64,000 nt of DNA from Minisyncoccota bacterium (GTDB lineage: Bacteria; Patescibacteriota; Minisyncoccia; Minisyncoccales; JAGOPM01), in contig JBAZJI010000001.1 of NCBI GenBank assembly GCA_041651395.1, forward strand, positions 699,920-763,919, given 5' to 3'. This document shows, one piece after another, positions 31,712 through 39,079 of this stretch (the stretch's first letter is position 1; each line of letters starts with the position of its first letter). The translations under genes and the position numbers were made by a program. The notes below the pieces were generated by a model. The model was not told the DNA's origin. It worked only from the letters and a program-made list of their open reading frames with translations, and did not search any database.

Positions 31712-34333
31712 ATGCCGAAAGTTGAAGAGAGTGAGGTTATAAAGGCAGAGACTGCCCTTAACAACCTGGTCGGCAGGACCAATTCAAGGCTCCTGCAAAA
31801 CATCAATTTCATCAGGCAGGTCGAAAAAGAGATCCAAAGTAACATCACGGAAATCGTCGAAGGTGGCAAAGCGCGTAAGGAGAAAATCATTATTGGCATC
31901 AGGGACTACTTGGAGGATTTGTGCGATGAGATGCAGCTAGATAGCTGTGGCCACGTCAAAGCCGCCAAGATTTACCCTACCCTGGCCAAGGCAATCTTTA
32001 CGATACCCTTGGACAACGCTGCCAAAGTTTCCCTTTTCCGCGAATTTGACGCCAAGATATTCAAAGACCGCAAAGTCGGTGATTTGAAACTCATCATCCT
32101 TAACAGGGATCTGGTGAAGCTGTTGAAGCTGGCCATCATGGATGTGGACAACACCATTATCATGAGTGGCGCCCATGAGCTCAAACCAGAAATGGTGGAG
32201 CAGATCAAAAAGATGATTGAAAAGCGCATGCGCGTCCGCTTTATCTCAGGACGAGGCAAGTGGTGGTGCGTAGCTGCACTCAAGGCGCTCTTGGGCATTC
32301 CTGGAGCAATCGAACTCTGCGAAATCTGGTACGAATCAGGCTGCGGTCAATGCGACCTTAAAGGCAATGATCTGGGATTGGCCCCAGGACTGGAAAACCA
32401 TCCAGTCATAACCAAGAGACAGGAAGTCTACGACTTCTTTTCCTCGCTGTGCCTGACCCAGGCAGAGACTCCGCCAGACACTGGCGCGCAATGCAACAAG
32501 GAAGAGTTTGTCCCTGGCCAAGATGCCAATGGGCAAAAACTTATCTTCCCCGTCTGCTCAACTAAAGTCGCGGGCCGCTACACCTTGTCCTTCAATTTGA
32601 AGCAAGGCGATGGCCCCGATAAGGACTTCCAAGTAACGCTGGAAATGTGCCGCATCTATGACGCTAATGGAAAGGTCATCAACGACCCCGTGGCCGAAGA
32701 GATGCAGGAAGCTTCTATGAAGCTGATTGCCATGGCCATCAAGAACAAAGGCTGGGATAAATATTTCAGCCTTGCCAAAGTTGGCACAGCCATCAACGTC
32801 AACCCAGTCATCAACGGCGAAATCATTGGCAAGAGCCGAGCCGCTGGCATGATAATCGAGGAGACAGCCAAAGAGTTTGGCCTAACCCCGCAGGAAGTGG
32901 CTGCCAATGCCTTTGGCATCGGAGATGGCAAAGCAGACGGAGAATTCTCCGCTGCCATGCTTTCGGACAAGACAGTTGTCCGGCCGCTATTCTTCTTTGT
33001 CGGGCCACCCAAACAGTTTGACTTTGACGAAGAAGTCTTTGACCGCATTGTCGCCGTTGCGCCCAAACTCATTGATGATGCTGGCGCCTGGGGCGATGTT
33101 GCCTCAATTGCTATCTTCCAAGAGTTTAGCTATGCATTCGCGAGCTTTGACAAAATTCCGCCCGGCAATAACACGCCAGAAACGAAGATAGTGCCAGAGG
33201 CAGAAATCTTGCCCCCAGACTTCTTCCCGCAGCCCCTCATCAGAAAAAAGTTTGAGCCAGAAAGCCCCGACCCGGATTACTTTAGGTATGAAAATGCCCA
33301 AAAGGATCCTATCTTCCGGGCATGGCTGAAAGCCAATGGCCAAACTATTCTCACTTTGGGAATGTTTGCCAGACCGGAAAGCACGCAGAAAATCCTCTGC
33401 TATGAAGTTCGCCCCGAATCCAGAATCCTGGTTTCGGGCAAGCTTTTTGGCGAAGTGAAAAAGCTCATGAAACCAGAAGAAAGGCTTACGCCTTCGGGAG
33501 GTTCCAGCAACATCATTGCAACCTTGGATGGCAAGCGCTACCTCGTAACACAACGGCGCAGCTTCTTGTCCCCCAAAGGAGATTTGATCCCGCTGGCCGG
33601 ACACCTCAACAACAATATTGGCTATCCAGCCTATCACCCCAAGTATGGCGAAGACCTCTTTGCCCAAATCAAAGGAGTGATTGCTGATAACTTCTTCGTA
33701 GAGCATGTTGAGGAATTCGGTGTCATTGACTCGGCAACTGGCGAATTCTATCACCCGAGATCGCTACTAAGCTTCAATGAAGCAGTATTCTCAGACTTTG
33801 ACTCCGCCTTCCAGAGTGCTTGGCAAGAGGCCTCCAAAATCTTGGAGCGTAATCCGAACACCAAAAACATCAAACTCTCCAAGATTTGCAAATTCGCGCC
33901 TTCGGCAAAAATCGAATTTTGCACCAGCGCCCAGCTGCGCCTCCACTTCCCAGAAGAAAAAGACCCATACACTAAACGTGGCACCTTCAACTTCGAGAAG
34001 AATGCGCCCAACTGCAATGGCTTTGATGTCTACCTGACCAAACTCCCATTCCCTTCCTCGCGGCTTCGAGTAATCGACTGCGAAGAAAATTTGAATCTTC
34101 CAAGTGTCCTGCTAGAACTTGAAGAGCAAGGCTTTGCATTCAAAGAGCCTCTAACTGCCAGCCTCATCTTCCAAAACGGAGAAAGGCTGGACCCAGAGAC
34201 TCTGCCGCGTAAAACGGAATTGGAAATAAAAGAGTACGAGAGTCTCACTTCCAATATCAAGCTTTGCCCAGTCCTAGAAGATTGCCAGGCTGCTGCCAAA
34301 TCAGGCGTGGCCGACATAATCCTCTCGGATTGA
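31712..34333 (+). CDS. Large soluble HAD-IIB-like protein (H3) with helical N-domain and about 350-aa C-terminal extension containing a possible Nudix/IDI-like module
   Basis: Start trimmed to ATG 31712 (GAGAGAGG 8 nt upstream). The ORF-track N-terminus translates a repeat element and the promoter. IMDVDNT (32141-32155), FISGRG, GIGDGKAD (32921-). The C-terminal half has RYLVTQRRSF..LIPLAGHL...VEHVEEFGV. Confidence 0.6.
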   Translation: MPKVEESEVIKAETALNNLVGRTNSRLLQNINFIRQVEKEIQSNITEIVEGGKARKEKIIIGIRDYLEDLCDEMQLDSCGHVKAAKIYPTLAKAIFTIPLDNAAKVSLFREFDAKIFKDRKVGDLKLIILNRDLVKLLKLAIMDVDNTIIMSGAHELKPEMVEQIKKMIEKRMRVRFISGRGKWWCVAALKALLGIPGAIELCEIWYESGCGQCDLKGNDLGLAPGLENHPVITKRQEVYDFFSSLCLTQAETPPDTGAQCNKEEFVPGQDANGQKLIFPVCSTKVAGRYTLSFNLKQGDGPDKDFQVTLEMCRIYDANGKVINDPVAEEMQEASMKLIAMAIKNKGWDKYFSLAKVGTAINVNPVINGEIIGKSRAAGMIIEETAKEFGLTPQEVAANAFGIGDGKADGEFSAAMLSDKTVVRPLFFFVGPPKQFDFDEEVFDRIVAVAPKLIDDAGAWGDVASIAIFQEFSYAFASFDKIPPGNNTPETKIVPEAEILPPDFFPQPLIRKKFEPESPDPDYFRYENAQKDPIFRAWLKANGQTILTLGMFARPESTQKILCYEVRPESRILVSGKLFGEVKKLMKPEERLTPSGGSSNIIATLDGKRYLVTQRRSFLSPKGDLIPLAGHLNNNIGYPAYHPKYGEDLFAQIKGVIADNFFVEHVEEFGVIDSATGEFYHPRSLLSFNEAVFSDFDSAFQSAWQEASKILERNPNTKNIKLSKICKFAPSAKIEFCTSAQLRLHFPEEKDPYTKRGTFNFEKNAPNCNGFDVYLTKLPFPSSRLRVIDCEENLNLPSVLLELEEQGFAFKEPLTASLIFQNGERLDPETLPRKTELEIKEYESLTSNIKLCPVLEDCQAAAKSGVADIILSD

Positions 34334-34349
34334 ACTCTTTCAACAATAT

Positions 34350-34378
34350 AGCCCCGTGCGCACGGGGCTCTTTTATTA
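34350..34378 (+). terminator. Intrinsic terminator after H3
   Basis: AGCCCCGTG-cg-CACGGGGCT followed by cttttatt. Confidence 0.7.
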
Positions 34379-34385
34379 CAAAAAT

Positions 34386-34419
34386 CTGGCAAAAAGCCCC
34401 GCTTCTCAGCAGGGCTTTA
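34386..34419 (-). terminator. Terminator after the phosphohexomutase gene
   Basis: Minus strand: AAAGCCCtGC-tgagaa-GCgGGGCTTTTTgcc. Confidence 0.6.
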
Positions 34420-34421
34420 TT

Positions 34422-35825
34422 TTAATTCGTATCCTTATCTTTCTTTATTATCTTCGCCCCTAAATTGTGCATAATCTCCTCCACTTCACGCAACTTAGTA
34501 TCCAAAATTGCCTGCGTATTGGCCTCCATAACCAGCTTGATAACCGGCTCGGTATTGGAAGGGCGCATCACAAACCACCAAGTCGGGAAGTCCACTCGCA
34601 AACCGTCCATTTTATTAATTTGGCCGGGCGTAAATTTTTCTTCCAAAATTTCTACAGCCTTTTTGGGATCGTCGGCCTGGAAATAAATTTCTCCGGAATT
34701 AGGATAAATCAAATAAGGTTTAACCAATTTGGATAAAGAAACATTGTATTCAGACATAGCTTCCATAACCTTAAAAAGCACAAACCAAGGGGTCTCGCAA
34801 TAAAAATTCGGCTGATAAAAATAATGCCCCGTAGTTTCACCGCCAAACAAAACATTATCCTGGCGCATGCGTGATTTGAAAAATGAATGCCCCACCCTGT
34901 TCATTAAGGCCTCGCCGCCGTGTTTGAGGATTTCTTCGTGCAAAATTTTGGAAGAGCGCAAATCATAGGCGATTTTCGCTCCGGGATTTTTTTCTAAAAG
35001 CTGCAAAGCCACGACCAAAGTGATAGCATCGGAGCGGACCACCTTGCCTTTTTCGTCGACAAAAACAATCCGGTCTCCATCACCGTCAAAAGCCACTCCA
35101 AAATCCGCTTTCCGCTGTTTTACTTCATTGGCCAAATAAACCAAATTATCGCGCACCGAAGGGTCGGGATGATGAACTGGAAAAGAACCGTCTAACTCCT
35201 TTAGCAAGTGCACCATTTCACAATTTTTGGCATTCTCAAACATCTTTTCCACGGGTATGCCGGAAACGGAATTAGCCGTATCAATGACAACTTTTAACGG
35301 CCTCATTAAGGAAAAATCAATCTCTTTTAGGGAAAAGCTGGCGTAATCGGGCAAAATATCGCGAACCATCACATTGCCAACACCATAGCCATGCACAATC
35401 TTATCCGAAGTGGCGAATTCAGCGATCTCGCTCAAACCACTGTTGCCCCCAACGGGTATAGCCTGATCGCGAGTCAATTTGAAACCATTATATTCGGGTG
35501 GATTATGGCTCGCTGTCACCATCACCCCACCATCATAATTACTTTGCCCAACACAATTATAAAGCATGGGCGTGGCCACTAGACCCACATCCACCACATT
35601 AATTCCGGCATTCAAAAGCCCTTTGATAAATTCATCAGCCAAGGTATCGGAAGAGGGCCTATTATCGCGCCCGACCGCCACCACAAAACGTTGTTTTTGG
35701 GGGGCTTTCCGACGCAAAAAATCAGCGTATCCTTGGCTGATTCGAAAGGCCACATCAGGGTTTATCTGATTGGGGACAATACCCCTGACATCATAGGCTT
35801 TGAATATAGAAGTGTTGACTTTCAT
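34422..35825 (-). CDS. Phosphomannomutase/phosphoglucomutase (alpha-D-phosphohexomutase)
   Basis: Active-site TASHNPPEYNGFK, Mg site AFDGDGDR, sugar-binding GGETTGH. 467 aa. Confidence 0.9.
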   Translation of the reverse strand: MKVNTSIFKAYDVRGIVPNQINPDVAFRISQGYADFLRRKAPQKQRFVVAVGRDNRPSSDTLADEFIKGLLNAGINVVDVGLVATPMLYNCVGQSNYDGGVMVTASHNPPEYNGFKLTRDQAIPVGGNSGLSEIAEFATSDKIVHGYGVGNVMVRDILPDYASFSLKEIDFSLMRPLKVVIDTANSVSGIPVEKMFENAKNCEMVHLLKELDGSFPVHHPDPSVRDNLVYLANEVKQRKADFGVAFDGDGDRIVFVDEKGKVVRSDAITLVVALQLLEKNPGAKIAYDLRSSKILHEEILKHGGEALMNRVGHSFFKSRMRQDNVLFGGETTGHYFYQPNFYCETPWFVLFKVMEAMSEYNVSLSKLVKPYLIYPNSGEIYFQADDPKKAVEILEEKFTPGQINKMDGLRVDFPTWWFVMRPSNTEPVIKLVMEANTQAILDTKLREVEEIMHNLGAKIIKKDKDTN

Positions 35826-35843
35826 GCAGTTTTGTTATATCAT
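35815..35843 (+). promoter_or_regulatory. Sigma70-type promoter for rpsF-ssb-rpsR
   Basis: TTGACT-N17-TATCAT, overlapping the divergent phosphohexomutase start codon. Confidence 0.45.
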
Positions 35844-35871
35844 AGAGAAGCCGAAAAATCAACTAAGTTAT

Positions 35872-36417
35872 ATGAAATTTTACGAATTAAACTGCCTAAT
35901 CAGGCCGGATTACGAGAATGAAATCGAACAGATTTCCCAGAAAATCAAAGGAATTCTGGAACAAAACGAGGGCAAAGTGGAACATATTTCCAGCTCTGTC
36001 CGCCTCAAGTTAGGGTACCCCATCGATAAGTATAAAGAGGCCTTTGTGGTCAATTTTTTCTTCTATTACGAGGAAAACAAATTGCAAGAAGCTAAAAAAC
36101 TTATTGAAGAAATCCCCGGTAATTTGCGCGCATTATATGTAGTCGCAGACCCAAAACAACCTTTCTCCAACTTGGAAACCAAGGCCACTCAAACCCAACG
36201 CGAAGATCGCCGACCTAAGGCCCAAGCCGAAGCTGAAACTGCCAAGGAAGAAGCCAAAATTGAAGTTGCCGCCCCTACCCCGGAAATAAAAGAGGAGGCT
36301 AAGGAGGAAGTCAAAGAAGAAGCTAAAGTTGAAGAAAAGCCAGCCGAAACTAAGCACAAAAAGAAAACGGAGATTGGCGATTTGGATAAGCAATTAGAAA
36401 AAATGCTAGGTGAGTGA
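35872..36417 (+). CDS. rpsF: 30S ribosomal protein S6 with long K/E/A-rich C-terminal tail
   Basis: MKFYELNCLIRPD...RLKLGYPIDKYKEAF fits S6. Start moved from 35800 to ATG 35872 by homology. The tail is EAKEEVKEEAKVEEKPAE... Confidence 0.85.
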   Translation: MKFYELNCLIRPDYENEIEQISQKIKGILEQNEGKVEHISSSVRLKLGYPIDKYKEAFVVNFFFYYEENKLQEAKKLIEEIPGNLRALYVVADPKQPFSNLETKATQTQREDRRPKAQAEAETAKEEAKIEVAAPTPEIKEEAKEEVKEEAKVEEKPAETKHKKKTEIGDLDKQLEKMLGE

Positions 36418-36437
36418 AAAAAATAACACTCAATAAA

Positions 36438-36917
36438 ATGAATCTTAACAAAGTCTTCCTAATAGGAAATTTGGTAGCTGACCCGGAAATGAGGCAAACA
36501 AGCTCCGGGCAAAGTGTCTGCTCTTTTAGAATTGCCACTAACCGGATATGGAACGACAAATCCGGGCAGCGGCAAACGCAGACCGAATACCACACTTGCG
36601 TAGCTTGGGGCAAGCAGGCCGAAACCATTTCTACTTATTTGCGCAAAGGCAATATGATAATGGTGGAGGGCCGCTTACAAACCCGTTCTTGGGATGATAA
36701 GCAAACAGGCGCCAAGCGCTACACCACTGAGATTGTAGTCGAAAATTTTCAATTTGGACCCAAAGGCGCTGCCAACCCGGGTGCCACTAACAGTAAACCC
36801 GCCAGCAGCAAACCAGCAGCCAAGGATAATGGCGAAGGCGAAGAAGAAAATTTGAAGGATATTCCCATTATCAACGAAGACGAGGAAGACATTGATATTA
36901 ACGATATACCACTATAA
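36438..36917 (+). CDS. ssb: Single-stranded DNA-binding protein
   Basis: MNLNKVFLIGNLVADPEMRQTSSGQSVCSFRIATN, OB fold, and acidic tip EEDIDINDIPL. Start at ATG 36438. Confidence 0.9.
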   Translation: MNLNKVFLIGNLVADPEMRQTSSGQSVCSFRIATNRIWNDKSGQRQTQTEYHTCVAWGKQAETISTYLRKGNMIMVEGRLQTRSWDDKQTGAKRYTTEIVVENFQFGPKGAANPGATNSKPASSKPAAKDNGEGEEENLKDIPIINEDEEDIDINDIPL

Positions 36918-36936
36918 TAAGAAAAAATATTAAACT

Positions 36937-37146
36937 ATGGATTGCTATTTTTGCAGAAAAAACATCGATAAGGTAGACCACAAGAATGTCGGCTTACTGC
37001 GCAATTATCTTTCCGCTTCCGGCAAGATTAAAAGCAGGCTTAAAACCGGTTTGTGTGCCACCCACCAAAGGAAGGTTTCCAAGGCCATCAAGACCATGAG
37101 AAATCTGGGCATACTCTCTGCCTCCGCCAAATATCAAACTCGCTAA
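36937..37146 (+). CDS. rpsR: 30S ribosomal protein S18
   Basis: CYFC...IDKVDHKNVGLLRNYLSASGKIKSRLKTGLCATHQRKVSKAIKTMRNLGIL. rpsF-ssb-rpsR synteny. Confidence 0.9.
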   Translation: MDCYFCRKNIDKVDHKNVGLLRNYLSASGKIKSRLKTGLCATHQRKVSKAIKTMRNLGILSASAKYQTR

Positions 37147-37150
37147 AAAA

Positions 37151-37183
37151 ATTCCCCGCCAGCTTGGCGGGGAATTTTTGTTT
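37151..37183 (+). terminator. Intrinsic terminator after rpsR
   Basis: ATTCCCCGCC-agctt-GGCGGGGAAT followed by ttttgttt. Confidence 0.8.
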
Positions 37184-37202
37184 ATAAAATATTCTTAAAA
37201 GT

Positions 37203-37225
37203 AAAAAGGCCTATTTAATAGGCCT
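37203..37225 (-). terminator. Terminator after the HAD-IA gene
   Basis: Minus strand: TAA-GGCCTAT-taaa-ATAGGCC-tttttac. Confidence 0.65.
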
Positions 37226-37935
37226 TATAATTTCAAACCTAGGTAATATTGGTCAAATTCCAGAATATCCCTAAATCCATTGGGTGCCAATATTGCTCCG
37301 CCAAAGTCGTGATTTTTTGACCACTCTGAAGGCATAGCAATCGTTGGAAACCCCCCGCGAAGCCCGGCCAGAACTCCTTCCTGATTGTCTTCGAAAACCC
37401 TTACCTCATTTGCCGCAATCTTCTTACGGTAAGGAGCGAAGGCCGCTAAATACATTGCCGGATGCGGTTTGAATAAGCCGCCAGCCTCTTTCCTAGAAAA
37501 CATTTCTTCCTCGGAAAAGTAATCCAGCAAACCGGCCGAGCACAGCTTGGCTTTTATATCTTGACGATCGGCACCGGTACAAACGGCTTTCTTTAAGCCC
37601 GGATGCTTCTTGGTGATAATATCCAAGAATTCTACTACAAAAGGCATGGGTATGATATTGCCGACTTTATACATTTCCCTCTCCCGCTCTTTGAGTTCAT
37701 CGGCTAACTCATTAACGCTTAGAGAAATCTCTGGCCTGCTGGCTTTGAGCCAAGGCGCAATAGATAACTTTAAGCTCCGGCCAACACAATGGTCTTGATA
37801 CTCCTGATGGTTCATTTCGCGAGCCCCGATTTCTTTGAGAAAACCGTTACGGACGCTTAGACGCAATCCTTCGCTTTGAGCCAAAGTCTCGTCAAAATCA
37901 AAAAGCAAAAGCTTTACGGATGGCAGAATCTGCAA
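37225..37935 (-). CDS. HAD-IA family hydrolase (beta-phosphoglucomutase/phosphatase-like)
   Basis: TTG start 8 nt after AAGGAGG. Motif I LLLFDFDETL. Motif II VCTGADR. Motif IV VFEDNQEG. Confidence 0.75.
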   Translation of the reverse strand: MQILPSVKLLLFDFDETLAQSEGLRLSVRNGFLKEIGAREMNHQEYQDHCVGRSLKLSIAPWLKASRPEISLSVNELADELKEREREMYKVGNIIPMPFVVEFLDIITKKHPGLKKAVCTGADRQDIKAKLCSAGLLDYFSEEEMFSRKEAGGLFKPHPAMYLAAFAPYRKKIAANEVRVFEDNQEGVLAGLRGGFPTIAMPSEWSKNHDFGGAILAPNGFRDILEFDQYYLGLKL

Positions 37936-37970
37936 ATTTTACCTCCTTTGTAAACGATTCAACTATTAAT

Positions 37971-37998
37971 AGTATATCACATTTTTTATTTTTGTCAA
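37971..37998 (-). promoter_or_regulatory. Sigma70-type promoter for the HAD-IA gene
   Basis: Minus strand: TTGACA-N16-TATACT. Confidence 0.5.
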
Positions 37999-38020
37999 AA
38001 AACCCGGATTGGCATCCGGG
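37995..38020 (-). terminator. Terminator after recA
   Basis: Minus strand: CCCGGAT-gcca-ATCCGGG followed by tttttt, running directly into the next promoter's TTGACA. Confidence 0.7.
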
Positions 38021-38034
38021 CTGTTTTATTCTGC

Positions 38035-39075
38035 TTAAACTGTCATTTCGGGAATTTCTTTTAACTTTTTCTCCAACTCCTCCATTAAGGCGGCATCTTC
38101 TTTGATAAACTTGCGCGCCTGCTCTACCCCCGTGCCCAACTTCTTATCCTCATAATTGAAGGTATTGCCAACTTTTTTAATTACCTCATTTTTCAAACCA
38201 AGATTAAGCAAATCTGCCGACTTAGAAATGCCTTCATTAAAGAATATATCCACCTCAGCCGTGCGGAAAGGCGGAGCAACTTTATTCTTAACAATCTTCA
38301 TCTTTATGCGTGAACCGATAATTTCTTCCCCGTGTTTTATTTGGGCAATACGCTTAAGATTAATGCGCACTGAAGCGTAAAATTTCAGAGCCATGCCTCC
38401 GGGCGTGGTTTCGGGATTGCCAAACATCACCCCGATTTTCATACGGGTTTGGTTCAAAAATATCAAAATGGTTTTGGTTCTGGCCACAACCGAAGCCAGC
38501 TTTCTCATGGCTTGGCTCATGAGCCTCGCCTGCAAGCCGATTTGAGTATCGCCAATTTCTCCAGCCACTTCATTTTTAGGAATTAAAGCCGCGACCGAAT
38601 CAACCACGATAATATCAACTTTTTCCGAGCGCACTAAAGCTTCCACAATTTGTAAAGCCTCCTCGCCCGAATCAGGTTGGGAAATTAAAAGGTCATCCAC
38701 CTTAACACCAATTTTGCCGGCGTAAGCCGGGTCCATGGCATGTTCCGCATCAATATAGGCAGCTACCCCGCCCTTCTTTTGGGCTTGCGCTACGCAATGT
38801 AAGGCCAAAGTCGTCTTGCCAGAACTTTCATCCCCGAATATTTCAATCATCCTTCCCCGAGGCATTCCTCCCACGCCCATAATCGTATCCAAAGAAAAAC
38901 AACCAGTGGAGACGACATCTACATCCACCGCCTGCATCTCGTGGAGTTTCATAATAGAACCCTCCCCGAATTTCTTTTTTATCTCCTCGATTGCTTCACG
39001 CAGCTGCACGTCCATTTTAGGCGTGCTGCTTTCTTTGTCTAAGTCACTGGCCTTAGCTTTTTTTTCTTTTACCAT
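38035..39075 (-). CDS. recA: Recombinase RecA
   Basis: Walker A GDESSGKTT, VVDSVAAL, L2 loop GNPETTPGGMALKFYASVR. Confidence 0.95.
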   Translation of the reverse strand: MVKEKKAKASDLDKESSTPKMDVQLREAIEEIKKKFGEGSIMKLHEMQAVDVDVVSTGCFSLDTIMGVGGMPRGRMIEIFGDESSGKTTLALHCVAQAQKKGGVAAYIDAEHAMDPAYAGKIGVKVDDLLISQPDSGEEALQIVEALVRSEKVDIIVVDSVAALIPKNEVAGEIGDTQIGLQARLMSQAMRKLASVVARTKTILIFLNQTRMKIGVMFGNPETTPGGMALKFYASVRINLKRIAQIKHGEEIIGSRIKMKIVKNKVAPPFRTAEVDIFFNEGISKSADLLNLGLKNEVIKKVGNTFNYEDKKLGTGVEQARKFIKEDAALMEELEKKLKEIPEMTV

Positions 39076-39079
39076 AGTA

